Source of the DNA: an uncultured Gemmatimonadota bacterium
GTDB taxonomy: Bacteria; JAAXHH01
NCBI GenBank assembly: GCA_951812955.1
Contig: OX638340.1
Coordinates: 448,001 to 512,000 of the forward strand
Reading direction: 5' to 3'
DNA: 64,000 bases
Each line of letters begins with the position of its first letter. Position 1 is the first letter of the stretch. The notes below the pieces were generated by a model, which saw only the letters and a program-made list of their open reading frames with translations, had not been told where the DNA came from and made no database searches. The translations under genes were made by a program, and so were the position numbers. Shown here piece by piece: positions 38,946 through 46,983 of this stretch.

Positions 38946-41936
38946 CTACGCCTCCGGCGACGCTTCCCCGGTCTCGGACGAACCTTCGTCCGCATCGGGC
39001 GACTTGAGCAGTTTCTGAATCAGTCTCGTTCTTTCTTCTTCCACTTCTTTCCTCATCTGCCTGTCTTCATCGATATCGAAGTATCTTCTTCCGTCGATCC
39101 AGGTCTGTTCGCATTTCGTATACGTGGACAGGGGATGGCCGTTCCAGATCACAAAATCGGCGTCCTTGCCCGGCTCGAGCGATCCGACCCAGGGATCGAT
39201 GGCCAGTTGCTTCGCCGCGTTGAGCGTGACGAACTTCAGGGCTTCTACCTCGTCGACCCCGCCGTATTTCACCGCCTTTGCCGCCTCGGTGTTCAGTCGC
39301 CGGGCGAGTTCATCGCTGTCGGAGTTGAAGGTGACCAGTACGCCCGCGTCGTGCATCAAGGCCCCGTTGTAGGGAATGGCGTCGTAGGCTTCCACCTTGA
39401 ACGCCCACCAGTCGCTGAAGGCAGAAGCACCCGCGCCGTGGGCGGCCAGTTCGGGTGCGACCTTGTACCCCTCCAGCACGTGTTGAAAGGTGCCGATCGT
39501 AAAACCGAAATCTTCGGCCACCCGAAGGAGCATCAGGATCTCGTCCTGCCGATAGGAATGACAGTGGACGAGACGTTCGCCGGCCAGGATCTCCTGCAGT
39601 GTTTCCAGTTCGAGGTCGCGCCGGGGAGGGACGACGCCGGATTTATCTTCCAGAGCGTTGTACCGGTCCCACGACTGTTGATATTCCCGGGCCGCGCGGA
39701 AACGGTCGCGGATGATCTGTTCGACCCCCATGCGGGTCTGTGGATAGCGGTCGCTGAGAATGCGCCAGTTGCTGCGCTTGACGTTCTCGCCCAGGGCGAA
39801 CTTGATCCCCGCCTTGGCTTCGGAGAATTTGAGTTCCTCGGGGCCTGTACCCCATCTCAGCTTGATGACCTGGTTCTTGCCGCCAATCGGATTGGCCGAC
39901 CCGTGCAATACATTGGCCACGGTGAGACCGCCGGCCAGCTCTCGGTACATGGCGATATCGTAGCTGTCGATGACGTCTCCGATACCCACCTCGGCGGTCA
40001 CGGCCTGCGTGCCCTCGTTGATGCCCTCCATGATGGCCGTGTGCGAATGGGCGTCGATGATGCCGGGCGTGACGTGCTTGCCGGTACCGTCGATTTCTAC
40101 GGCATCCTCTGGCGCTTCGAGGTTCGTACCCACCTCGTCGATTTTCCCCGCGCGGATCAGCACGTCCGCGTTTTCCAGTTTGCCCCGCTCGTCCAGCGTC
40201 CACACCGTGGCGTTCCGCACGACGAAGTATTCCGGCTGCGCTGGCGCGCTTTCTCTACCGAAGGCTCCGGGTGGATACAGCGCCGGCGGTTCGTCTGCCG
40301 CGGCGGACTTCGGAATCTCCAGCGTTACCGCTTCATGCTCCGCGATGCGTTCCGCTGACCAGCTCACGCTTTCGCCGCCGGGGCGGACCCCCCGGCCCGA
40401 GATCCGGTCTCCCTGGACAGAACCCGAAAAACGCCAAACACCGGCTTCACCCAGCGCTTCATGCTCAATGCTGAATGCGATTCGGGTATCGTCCAGGTCC
40501 ATGCGGACCGTCTTGATCGTGGTACCGTCTTTGTCGATGGTGCCCTTCGGCGAACCCGCCGATCCTTCAATGGCCAGCGACAGGCTGTCTCCCTGCAGGA
40601 CGATCAGCCACGTCCCCCGTGGATCGACTACCGGGCGTGGGGTGACCACGTGACGGTTACCCGCGACCCACACATCCTGCACGCGCACGCCCTCAGCGAA
40701 CAGGGGGCCGTCGGTAATCGTCATGTTGGCCAGTTTCCCGGACTCCAGCGTACCGAGCTGGCGGCTAATGCCAAGCATGGATGCAGGGGTCGTAGTCAAC
40801 GAGGCCAGCGCGGCTTCATAATCCAGCCCGTGCTCGATCGCTTCCCGCACCCTTTCGTGAAAGTCGGCGCTTTTACCCAGCCTTGTACTGCTCAGCGCAA
40901 TGGGGATCCCGGCCCGGTGCAATTGGCCCGGATTCCCGGGCGCCAGGTCCCAGTGCCGCAGTTCTTCCAACGTGACGTCCACGGCGTCTTCCGGCGTGGA
41001 TACGGAGAGATCTTCCGACCGTGGAAAATCGAGCGGCAGGATGACCGGCGCGCCCACTTCGCGCACCGCGTCCAGCATGCGGTATTCATGGCCGCTGCCC
41101 CGGACGAGGAATCGAAGTCCGAATTCATCCGCCAGACTGGCGGCACGCAGAAAGGCGTGGTCGTCATCGACACTCATGAGAACGGCCTGGCCGCGGGCGA
41201 TCACCCCGTCCAGCGCCGCCAGCGCGTCATTGTCCTCCGGGCGTTCCTGCTGGGGATTCTCTGCGAAAGCCGCATGGGCGTCCCGGTACCATTGCGCGTC
41301 CAGGATCGTCTGCCGTATGAGGGCCGCGACGCCCATCATGGAGGCCGGATAGGTGCGGTTCCGGTTTCTCTTCATGCGCAGATGCTGGAACACATCGCGC
41401 TTCAGTATGTTCTCGTTGGGCGATCCGGAACCCAGGTTCACCACCGCGCTGCTGCCAGAGAAAACTCCCCGATCGGCTACGACCATGGCCGCCGCGAAAC
41501 CGGATTTACGCAGCCGGGCGAGTTCCTGCTCACTGACGCGGTATGCTTCGCCGGCGGCGCGTTCAGGACGGACACCGGGATTCCAGTGGGTCGATCCCGT
41601 GGACTTCTCCGCTTCCTCTTCCGGCAGGCCGGCCTGTGTGAACATCTCGATCAATCCGGGATAAATGGTCTTGCCGGAATAGTCCCACCGCTGGGCGTCC
41701 GGTGGAATGTCGACGGACGCTCCGGCTTCCACGATCAGCCCGTCCCGGACGATCACGACGCCCCTGTTGATCACGAGATCGGGCCGGACGTAAATCCGGG
41801 CGTCCTCCAGGGCGTGGACGCGTGAAGGATTCTCCCGCAGTCCCGTCTGCGGCGCCGTCTGCTGGGCTTCCGCGGCAAGGGTGACCGCCCCGGACAGCAG
41901 CATGGCCTGGATCATGATCCAACAGGTTTTCAGCAT
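38946..41936 (-). CDS. Large two-domain amidohydrolase family protein with signal peptide
   Basis: Start at MLKTCWIMIQAMLLSGAVTLAAEA (ATG at 41936, with a perfect AGGAGG 6 nt upstream). Two amidohydrolase modules (GKTIYPGLIEMFTQAGL...; ...GIIDAHSHTAIMEG...). About 996 aa. Confidence 0.85.
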   Translation of the reverse strand: MLKTCWIMIQAMLLSGAVTLAAEAQQTAPQTGLRENPSRVHALEDARIYVRPDLVINRGVVIVRDGLIVEAGASVDIPPDAQRWDYSGKTIYPGLIEMFTQAGLPEEEAEKSTGSTHWNPGVRPERAAGEAYRVSEQELARLRKSGFAAAMVVADRGVFSGSSAVVNLGSGSPNENILKRDVFQHLRMKRNRNRTYPASMMGVAALIRQTILDAQWYRDAHAAFAENPQQERPEDNDALAALDGVIARGQAVLMSVDDDHAFLRAASLADEFGLRFLVRGSGHEYRMLDAVREVGAPVILPLDFPRSEDLSVSTPEDAVDVTLEELRHWDLAPGNPGQLHRAGIPIALSSTRLGKSADFHERVREAIEHGLDYEAALASLTTTPASMLGISRQLGTLESGKLANMTITDGPLFAEGVRVQDVWVAGNRHVVTPRPVVDPRGTWLIVLQGDSLSLAIEGSAGSPKGTIDKDGTTIKTVRMDLDDTRIAFSIEHEALGEAGVWRFSGSVQGDRISGRGVRPGGESVSWSAERIAEHEAVTLEIPKSAAADEPPALYPPGAFGRESAPAQPEYFVVRNATVWTLDERGKLENADVLIRAGKIDEVGTNLEAPEDAVEIDGTGKHVTPGIIDAHSHTAIMEGINEGTQAVTAEVGIGDVIDSYDIAMYRELAGGLTVANVLHGSANPIGGKNQVIKLRWGTGPEELKFSEAKAGIKFALGENVKRSNWRILSDRYPQTRMGVEQIIRDRFRAAREYQQSWDRYNALEDKSGVVPPRRDLELETLQEILAGERLVHCHSYRQDEILMLLRVAEDFGFTIGTFQHVLEGYKVAPELAAHGAGASAFSDWWAFKVEAYDAIPYNGALMHDAGVLVTFNSDSDELARRLNTEAAKAVKYGGVDEVEALKFVTLNAAKQLAIDPWVGSLEPGKDADFVIWNGHPLSTYTKCEQTWIDGRRYFDIDEDRQMRKEVEEERTRLIQKLLKSPDADEGSSETGEASPEA

Positions 41937-42008
41937 GATTCTCCTCCTGCAGAAAAGATTCAGATACTGATTAAAACCCAAAGCAGCACAATAACTTACT
42001 AACATTCA

Positions 42009-42548
42009 CTACATTAATTGTTCAATGACTTTGTCCAGTGCCTGGTCGATCTGGGCAGCGAGTGCTTTCCCGTCCAACCGGCCGATGGGATGATCGATCT
42101 CGACGATGGGATAGCCACCGTTTCCCAGTTGTTCGGCCATCACCCGTGCGGTGTGTGTGAAGTTGGACGTACAAAGCAGTGCGGCCGGTAGTCCAAGGTG
42201 CTCGAGCATGAGGACATCGTGCATGCTGCACGCGCTGCAGGACCCTCAGTCTCCGACTCCCACGAGTGCGAAATTGCAGCGCCTTACGATAAGATCGGTC
42301 ATCTCTTCTGACAGCACGCGACTTGCGCTTTCCTTGGTGTATTCAACCGAATCCACAGGATGGGCCAGGCGAATCGTTAACTGCTCGAAGAGGCCGCGCA
42401 GGATCACGTCGGAATTGGGCTTGCCGTTTCCCACCAGCGCGGCTGTGACATGCTGAACACCCAGGGGCCGCAGCGCCATGCGAAGGGTCGATGTGTCGGC
42501 CGAGGCCGTGGGATCAACGAGGGTTACCGACATTTTCACACGCTCCAT
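42009..42548 (-). CDS. UGSC-family selenoprotein, with the in-frame UGA at 42246..42248 read as selenocysteine
   Basis: Track ORFs 42246..42548 and 42009..42224 are in the same frame, separated only by TGA plus 7 codons. The minus strand reads ...GTC GGA GAC TGA GGG TCC TGC AGC..., which is VGD-U-GSC-SACS-MHDVLML..., and U-G-S-C is the eponymous family motif. There is hairpin potential just downstream of the UGA. The likely start is the second ATG (MSVTLV..., GGAG upstream). Confidence 0.7.
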
Positions 42549-42583
42549 GTTTCCGCGGAAGGCGGGTATTCAGTACGTTCCGT

Positions 42584-43603
42584 TCATTGCCTGGTGGTGC
42601 AGGTTGAGATCCAGCGCGTAACCGGCCGCGACCCTACGCCTCTGCCCGAACCCAGCCACGGCGGAATGATGGCGGAATGTCCGCCGGCCGATCCTCCAGC
42701 GAACATGATCCATATGCCATCCCGGTCCGGCGTCAGCGTGACGGGTTCTTCGGGACCCAGGTCGTCGTGCCTGCCCGTTGCCTGGATTTCACGTCCCGTG
42801 GCCGCCGTGCGTTCAAAAAGCGCTTCACGGATCATTTCACGAGTCCACCCGGCCCGGCTGAATACCGATCGGTGTTCCGGGCAGATGATGAATACGATGG
42901 CTGCGCCGGCGTAGTTGGTCGTCCGGGCGACGCGCGCAAACGAGTCGATCAGGCCATCGGGCTGGTCGTTAACGTGGTCGGCTACGGAGTGGGGTGCTTC
43001 GGCGGCAAGGACCGTGACGGCGTTTTTGTCCGGGGAAACGCCCAGTTCTTCGCCCTGGGTCGGCCATCCGGCGCAACGGGCTTCCGGCAGACAGTACGCA
43101 ATGCGTCCGGCATGGGCTATCGTCGCCCGGTCCAGGTCACCCGGCACACTGCCGACACCGTTTCGTATGACCAGGTTCAAGGCACGCCCCAGCGTCAGAT
43201 TGGACCGGTTGCCCGCACCGAGCACGGCCGTTTCCGGATTGAAACGCAACGACTCCACAACGGGACCGTGGACGATCGCCAGGGGGGCGGCGCCGCCAGT
43301 GCTGGCCGACGGTCCGACGATATTGAACGCCGGGTCCAGGATGGCCTCGACCGTGGCAAGGACGACAGGGAACAGCGAATCAGTGCATCCCGCCATAACC
43401 GCGTTCGCCGCCACCAGTTCGGCTGAGATGGATCTGTTCCGCTCAGGCACCGTGCCGATTTCACGGTCCGGTTCGATGCCGTGCGCATCGAGCATCCGAT
43501 CAATGCGATCGCGGACGGGCGGCACCACGGGAAGGCCATCCGACCAGCCCCGGTCGAAGGCGTATTCTATGGCATCAATTTCGGATTCGACCTGGTGGGC
43601 CAT
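42584..43603 (-). CDS. Hypothetical protein (unrecognised family) between the cytochrome c and the selenoprotein gene
   Basis: About 340 aa from the ATG at 43603 (the track ORF extends to 43702 but overlaps the upstream gene). No motif recognised. It starts 8 nt after the cytochrome c stop. Confidence 0.55.
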   Translation of the reverse strand: MAHQVESEIDAIEYAFDRGWSDGLPVVPPVRDRIDRMLDAHGIEPDREIGTVPERNRSISAELVAANAVMAGCTDSLFPVVLATVEAILDPAFNIVGPSASTGGAAPLAIVHGPVVESLRFNPETAVLGAGNRSNLTLGRALNLVIRNGVGSVPGDLDRATIAHAGRIAYCLPEARCAGWPTQGEELGVSPDKNAVTVLAAEAPHSVADHVNDQPDGLIDSFARVARTTNYAGAAIVFIICPEHRSVFSRAGWTREMIREALFERTAATGREIQATGRHDDLGPEEPVTLTPDRDGIWIMFAGGSAGGHSAIIPPWLGSGRGVGSRPVTRWISTCTTRQ

Positions 43604-43611
43604 TAGCAGCG

Positions 43612-44004
43612 TTACCTGCCGTAGTAGTTTTCCAGATAGGTAAGAATGGTTTCTTCGGTTTTCGAATCGAATTTCTTCAATCCCTTTTCCGCCTGCATCC
43701 AACGGATAGCATCAAGCCACTCCGCGCGGTTCGCCCGATAGGAACGGATGATCTGGGTAGGATGGCATTGGGCGCATTCCCTTTCCACGACGGGGTAGCC
43801 GTCGCCCATGATCAGCCGGGTCCGGTGGTTCAGTTCCAGGCCCGTTCGCGGGTCGAACATCGTTACGGGCTTGGCCGCCTCGGCCCTGGCATTGGCCTGT
43901 GCGACTTTCGATCGCTCCGCTTCGTAGTAGATCAGACCGACTACCAGGACATCCAGGATGATGACGAAGGCAAACTGGCCAAGTACGCGCAGAAACGAAT
44001 TCAT
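43612..44004 (-). CDS. Putative membrane-anchored mono-heme c-type cytochrome
   Basis: 130 aa. N-terminal TM helix (FAFVIILDVLVVGLIYY) and a single CAQCH heme-binding motif. AGGAG 7 nt upstream of the ATG. Confidence 0.6.
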   Translation of the reverse strand: MNSFLRVLGQFAFVIILDVLVVGLIYYEAERSKVAQANARAEAAKPVTMFDPRTGLELNHRTRLIMGDGYPVVERECAQCHPTQIIRSYRANRAEWLDAIRWMQAEKGLKKFDSKTEETILTYLENYYGR

Positions 44005-44052
44005 GGACCACTCCTGTGATTGTGCAGACAGGGATGTGCGGCTATACGGGTA

Positions 44053-46248
44053 CTAACGCGCTCTCGCGCCGATGGGGAGTCCGAACCCTATGTACCACGT
44101 TCGGCCCGCCGCCGGTTCGAAAAAGCGGTCTCCAAAGGCATTTGGGACGATGGAACCATTGTAACGGGTGTCGAACAGGTTGTTGACGCCCGCGAAGAGG
44201 ACGCCGCCGATCATGTCCCCATTATAGGTAATACCCGCACGTAAATCAAACAGCGCGTATCCCTCGTTGATGAAGTCCGATTTCGGCTTACTGCTTCCCG
44301 GTGCGGGACCGTTGAAGTCGTTGGCAAAGTACTCCGCGGTCCACTGCGCGTTCATTTCCACGAAGGCACCGCTGCAGGGGTGAGTGTATGTGATACCGGC
44401 GAACAGATGATGGGGTGGTACACCGGGCACTTCGTTGTCCGAAAGCTGGTACAGCCTGGTGTCACCTTCGACCTCCCGTTCGAGTTCAAAATCGCTGAAT
44501 TGGAACTGCATCCCCGTGTAGGCCAGCGCCATGTCGAGCGCGGGGAGTGGTGACCAGGTCAGCTTCAGTTCGATGCCCCGGTTCCGCGTCTGGCCGGCGT
44601 TCCTGAAGAAGATCTCGTCCGTCTCAGGATTGTCGATCTGGAAGGGCAAAAGCATGTTGCGGATCCCAAAGGCGAAAACGGCCGCGTCATAGGACAACCC
44701 GGCTTCCGGCAAAAATCCCTTCACACCTGCCTCGAATCCCCGCAGTTGTTCGGGTTCCAGGCCGGGATTGAATCCCCCGGCTTCCGTGGGCCGGTTGCTC
44801 AGTTCCGACGTGGTAGGGGTCTGGAAAGCCGTGGAAAAATTGCCGTAGAACGCCGTGAGGGGAGCCGGCCGGAATGCCACACCCAGCTGGGGACTGAACT
44901 GTGCCATGTTCCGTGTCCCAGAGTCGTCGGTCCGGTCGGAAAGATACCGGTCCGTCGCCTCGAACTTGAACCGGTCATAACGACCGCCGGCGGTTACGAT
45001 GATATCCGGCCACGGCGTCCATTCGAATTCCACGAAGGGTCCGATGCCGTCAACGTTTTCCTCCTGATCCAGCCTGAGATCCCCCAGCGAAAGTTCGTCG
45101 AATACGCGTCCGTCGTCCAGTGCGCCCACAAGGTCGCCGGGTATGCCCTCGTTCCCGTATTCAAGTCGTTCATCCCGCTGTATCTCCACGTCCATTCCCA
45201 AGGTCATTCTCAATCCGCCCGAACCGATTCCGGTCTGATGGCTGTAAACGCCCCGGGCTCCGGCGCCACGGCGGTCCAGGTCGATGACCCGTCCCGGGAT
45301 AGGGTTGAACAGCGAGCGCCCCATGCCGAACACCGTAATCTCTCCCTGCCTTCCTTCTGTTTCGTACCGCAAGGAAACGCCACCCTGGGCCTGCCTGACC
45401 CGCTTCGAAGCGCCCTGGCTCCGGACGAAGAACCTCGCGCCGGCGGGGTCCGTCTCGGCCGTGGCCTTGTCCAGCGAACTCGGATTGAACTGGTAAGGCG
45501 CGTTGAAGTAGTTGATGACGGTAGTCAGATGCCAGGTCTCGTTGATCGCACGTTTACCCACCACGTTGATCCCGGTCGACCGTGCGAAGGCGTGGTCGCG
45601 GTACCCATCGATCCATAACGTGTTGTAATTGACGAGAAACTGGTTGTCGCCGGCGCTGCCGGTTGCCTTGCCCTGTATACGCCGAAAACCGTGAGAGCCG
45701 GTGATGAAGCGCGGCGTGACTTGAAAAGGCCGGTCCGAAGCCTCCTCCGAGCGAATCTGGATGACCCCACCCGCCGCATTGCCGTAAAGCGATGAACTGG
45801 GTCCGCGAAGAACCTCGATCTGCCCTGCTGAAGTGAGGTCGAGGTTATTCAGCTGTGACTGGCCGTCGGCCATGGTCAGGGGAATGCCGTCCAGCACCAG
45901 TTTCACGCCACGGACGCCGAATGAAGCCCGGCTTCCCAGGCCCCGGATGCTGATCCGGTCGCCCTGGGACACGTTGTTGCGATTGTGCACGATAATGCCG
46001 GGCAGGCTGCGCACGCTCTCCTCCAGCGACAGCCCCGGTTCGGCAAGCTGAATCGCGTCCCGGTCCACCACGTCCACTGCGTAGGGTACGTCGAGCACGG
46101 GGCGGACGTACCTCGTGGCCCTCACCTCGACGGGCTGGAGGATGTAATCGACGGAAGCGTCGGTGGTATCCGGGTCGGACTGCTGCCAGGCGTTGGCGGG
46201 AAGCAGGTAGGACAGAATTACAAAACAAAAAGGAAGGAATGGTCTCAT
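44053..46248 (-). CDS. TonB-dependent receptor
   Basis: 731 aa. Signal peptide, plug-domain motifs (VVDRDAIQL..., IEVLRGPSSSLYGNAAGGVIQI), a beta-barrel, and a C-terminal aromatic residue. Confidence 0.9.
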   Translation of the reverse strand: MRPFLPFCFVILSYLLPANAWQQSDPDTTDASVDYILQPVEVRATRYVRPVLDVPYAVDVVDRDAIQLAEPGLSLEESVRSLPGIIVHNRNNVSQGDRISIRGLGSRASFGVRGVKLVLDGIPLTMADGQSQLNNLDLTSAGQIEVLRGPSSSLYGNAAGGVIQIRSEEASDRPFQVTPRFITGSHGFRRIQGKATGSAGDNQFLVNYNTLWIDGYRDHAFARSTGINVVGKRAINETWHLTTVINYFNAPYQFNPSSLDKATAETDPAGARFFVRSQGASKRVRQAQGGVSLRYETEGRQGEITVFGMGRSLFNPIPGRVIDLDRRGAGARGVYSHQTGIGSGGLRMTLGMDVEIQRDERLEYGNEGIPGDLVGALDDGRVFDELSLGDLRLDQEENVDGIGPFVEFEWTPWPDIIVTAGGRYDRFKFEATDRYLSDRTDDSGTRNMAQFSPQLGVAFRPAPLTAFYGNFSTAFQTPTTSELSNRPTEAGGFNPGLEPEQLRGFEAGVKGFLPEAGLSYDAAVFAFGIRNMLLPFQIDNPETDEIFFRNAGQTRNRGIELKLTWSPLPALDMALAYTGMQFQFSDFELEREVEGDTRLYQLSDNEVPGVPPHHLFAGITYTHPCSGAFVEMNAQWTAEYFANDFNGPAPGSSKPKSDFINEGYALFDLRAGITYNGDMIGGVLFAGVNNLFDTRYNGSIVPNAFGDRFFEPAAGRTWYIGFGLPIGARAR

Positions 46249-46305
46249 CGTGTACCGAATCTATATGGCGGGGCGGACGCTGGGCCCGCCACGCTTTGTT
46301 CACCA

Positions 46306-46935
46306 CTAATCCAATGCACGAATTTTGACATTCTTGAAACGGATTTTGCCCTGGCCGAAGGCCTGCAGCACGACGACGCCGCTGTAATGGGAGGAATCCT
46401 GGATCTTAACGGCTTCTTCCCCGTTGAGCGTGACCGTGATGTCGCGTCCGTCGGCGGTGATGACCATGGTGTTCCACTGGCCTTCGGTTTTCGGTGGCGG
46501 TTCGTATATGGCCAGCGCCACGATGCTGCCCGTGGTATATCCCGAGCTATGGGTGTCTGCGATATTGATCTCGTAGAAAGAATACTGATTCACCCTCGCC
46601 CCGGTATCGCGCGGTCCCCGGACGAATACGCCGCTGTTATGTCCGGCGTCCTGGTTGAACTGCACACTCAGCTCGAAATCGGTGAATTCGTCGTAGGTAC
46701 CGATGTATCCGGGACCCCGGCCCGTTACTTCACCGGTGAGCATGCCGTCCTCCACCGTCCAGGTTGCCGTTCCGCCCCGGTGGGTCCATCCCAGGAGGGT
46801 ATTGCCGTCGAAAAGGAGCTTCCAGCCCGCCTCTTTCTCGGCGTCGGTCAGCATGTTGTCCTGCGCGGCGGCCGTGCCGTGTATACCGACAAGGATCATG
46901 ACGGCGGCCGCCACGCTCCACATGTAGCGTTTCAT
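46306..46935 (-). CDS. DUF1080 domain protein (3-keto-disaccharide hydrolase-like), secreted
   Basis: 209 aa. Signal peptide. GWKLLFDGNTLLGW near the N-terminus and a C-terminal IRFKNVKIR region, typical of DUF1080/PF06439. Confidence 0.8.
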   Translation of the reverse strand: MKRYMWSVAAAVMILVGIHGTAAAQDNMLTDAEKEAGWKLLFDGNTLLGWTHRGGTATWTVEDGMLTGEVTGRGPGYIGTYDEFTDFELSVQFNQDAGHNSGVFVRGPRDTGARVNQYSFYEINIADTHSSGYTTGSIVALAIYEPPPKTEGQWNTMVITADGRDITVTLNGEEAVKIQDSSHYSGVVVLQAFGQGKIRFKNVKIRALD

Positions 46936-46983
46936 TGCGTATCTCCTCTGTTTTTCGTTTGCTCAGGCTCTCAGTCTTTCCGA

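Noticed and set aside
40461-41825. 454-aa plus-strand ORF inside the large amidohydrolase
   Set aside because: Antisense shadow ORF with no motifs.
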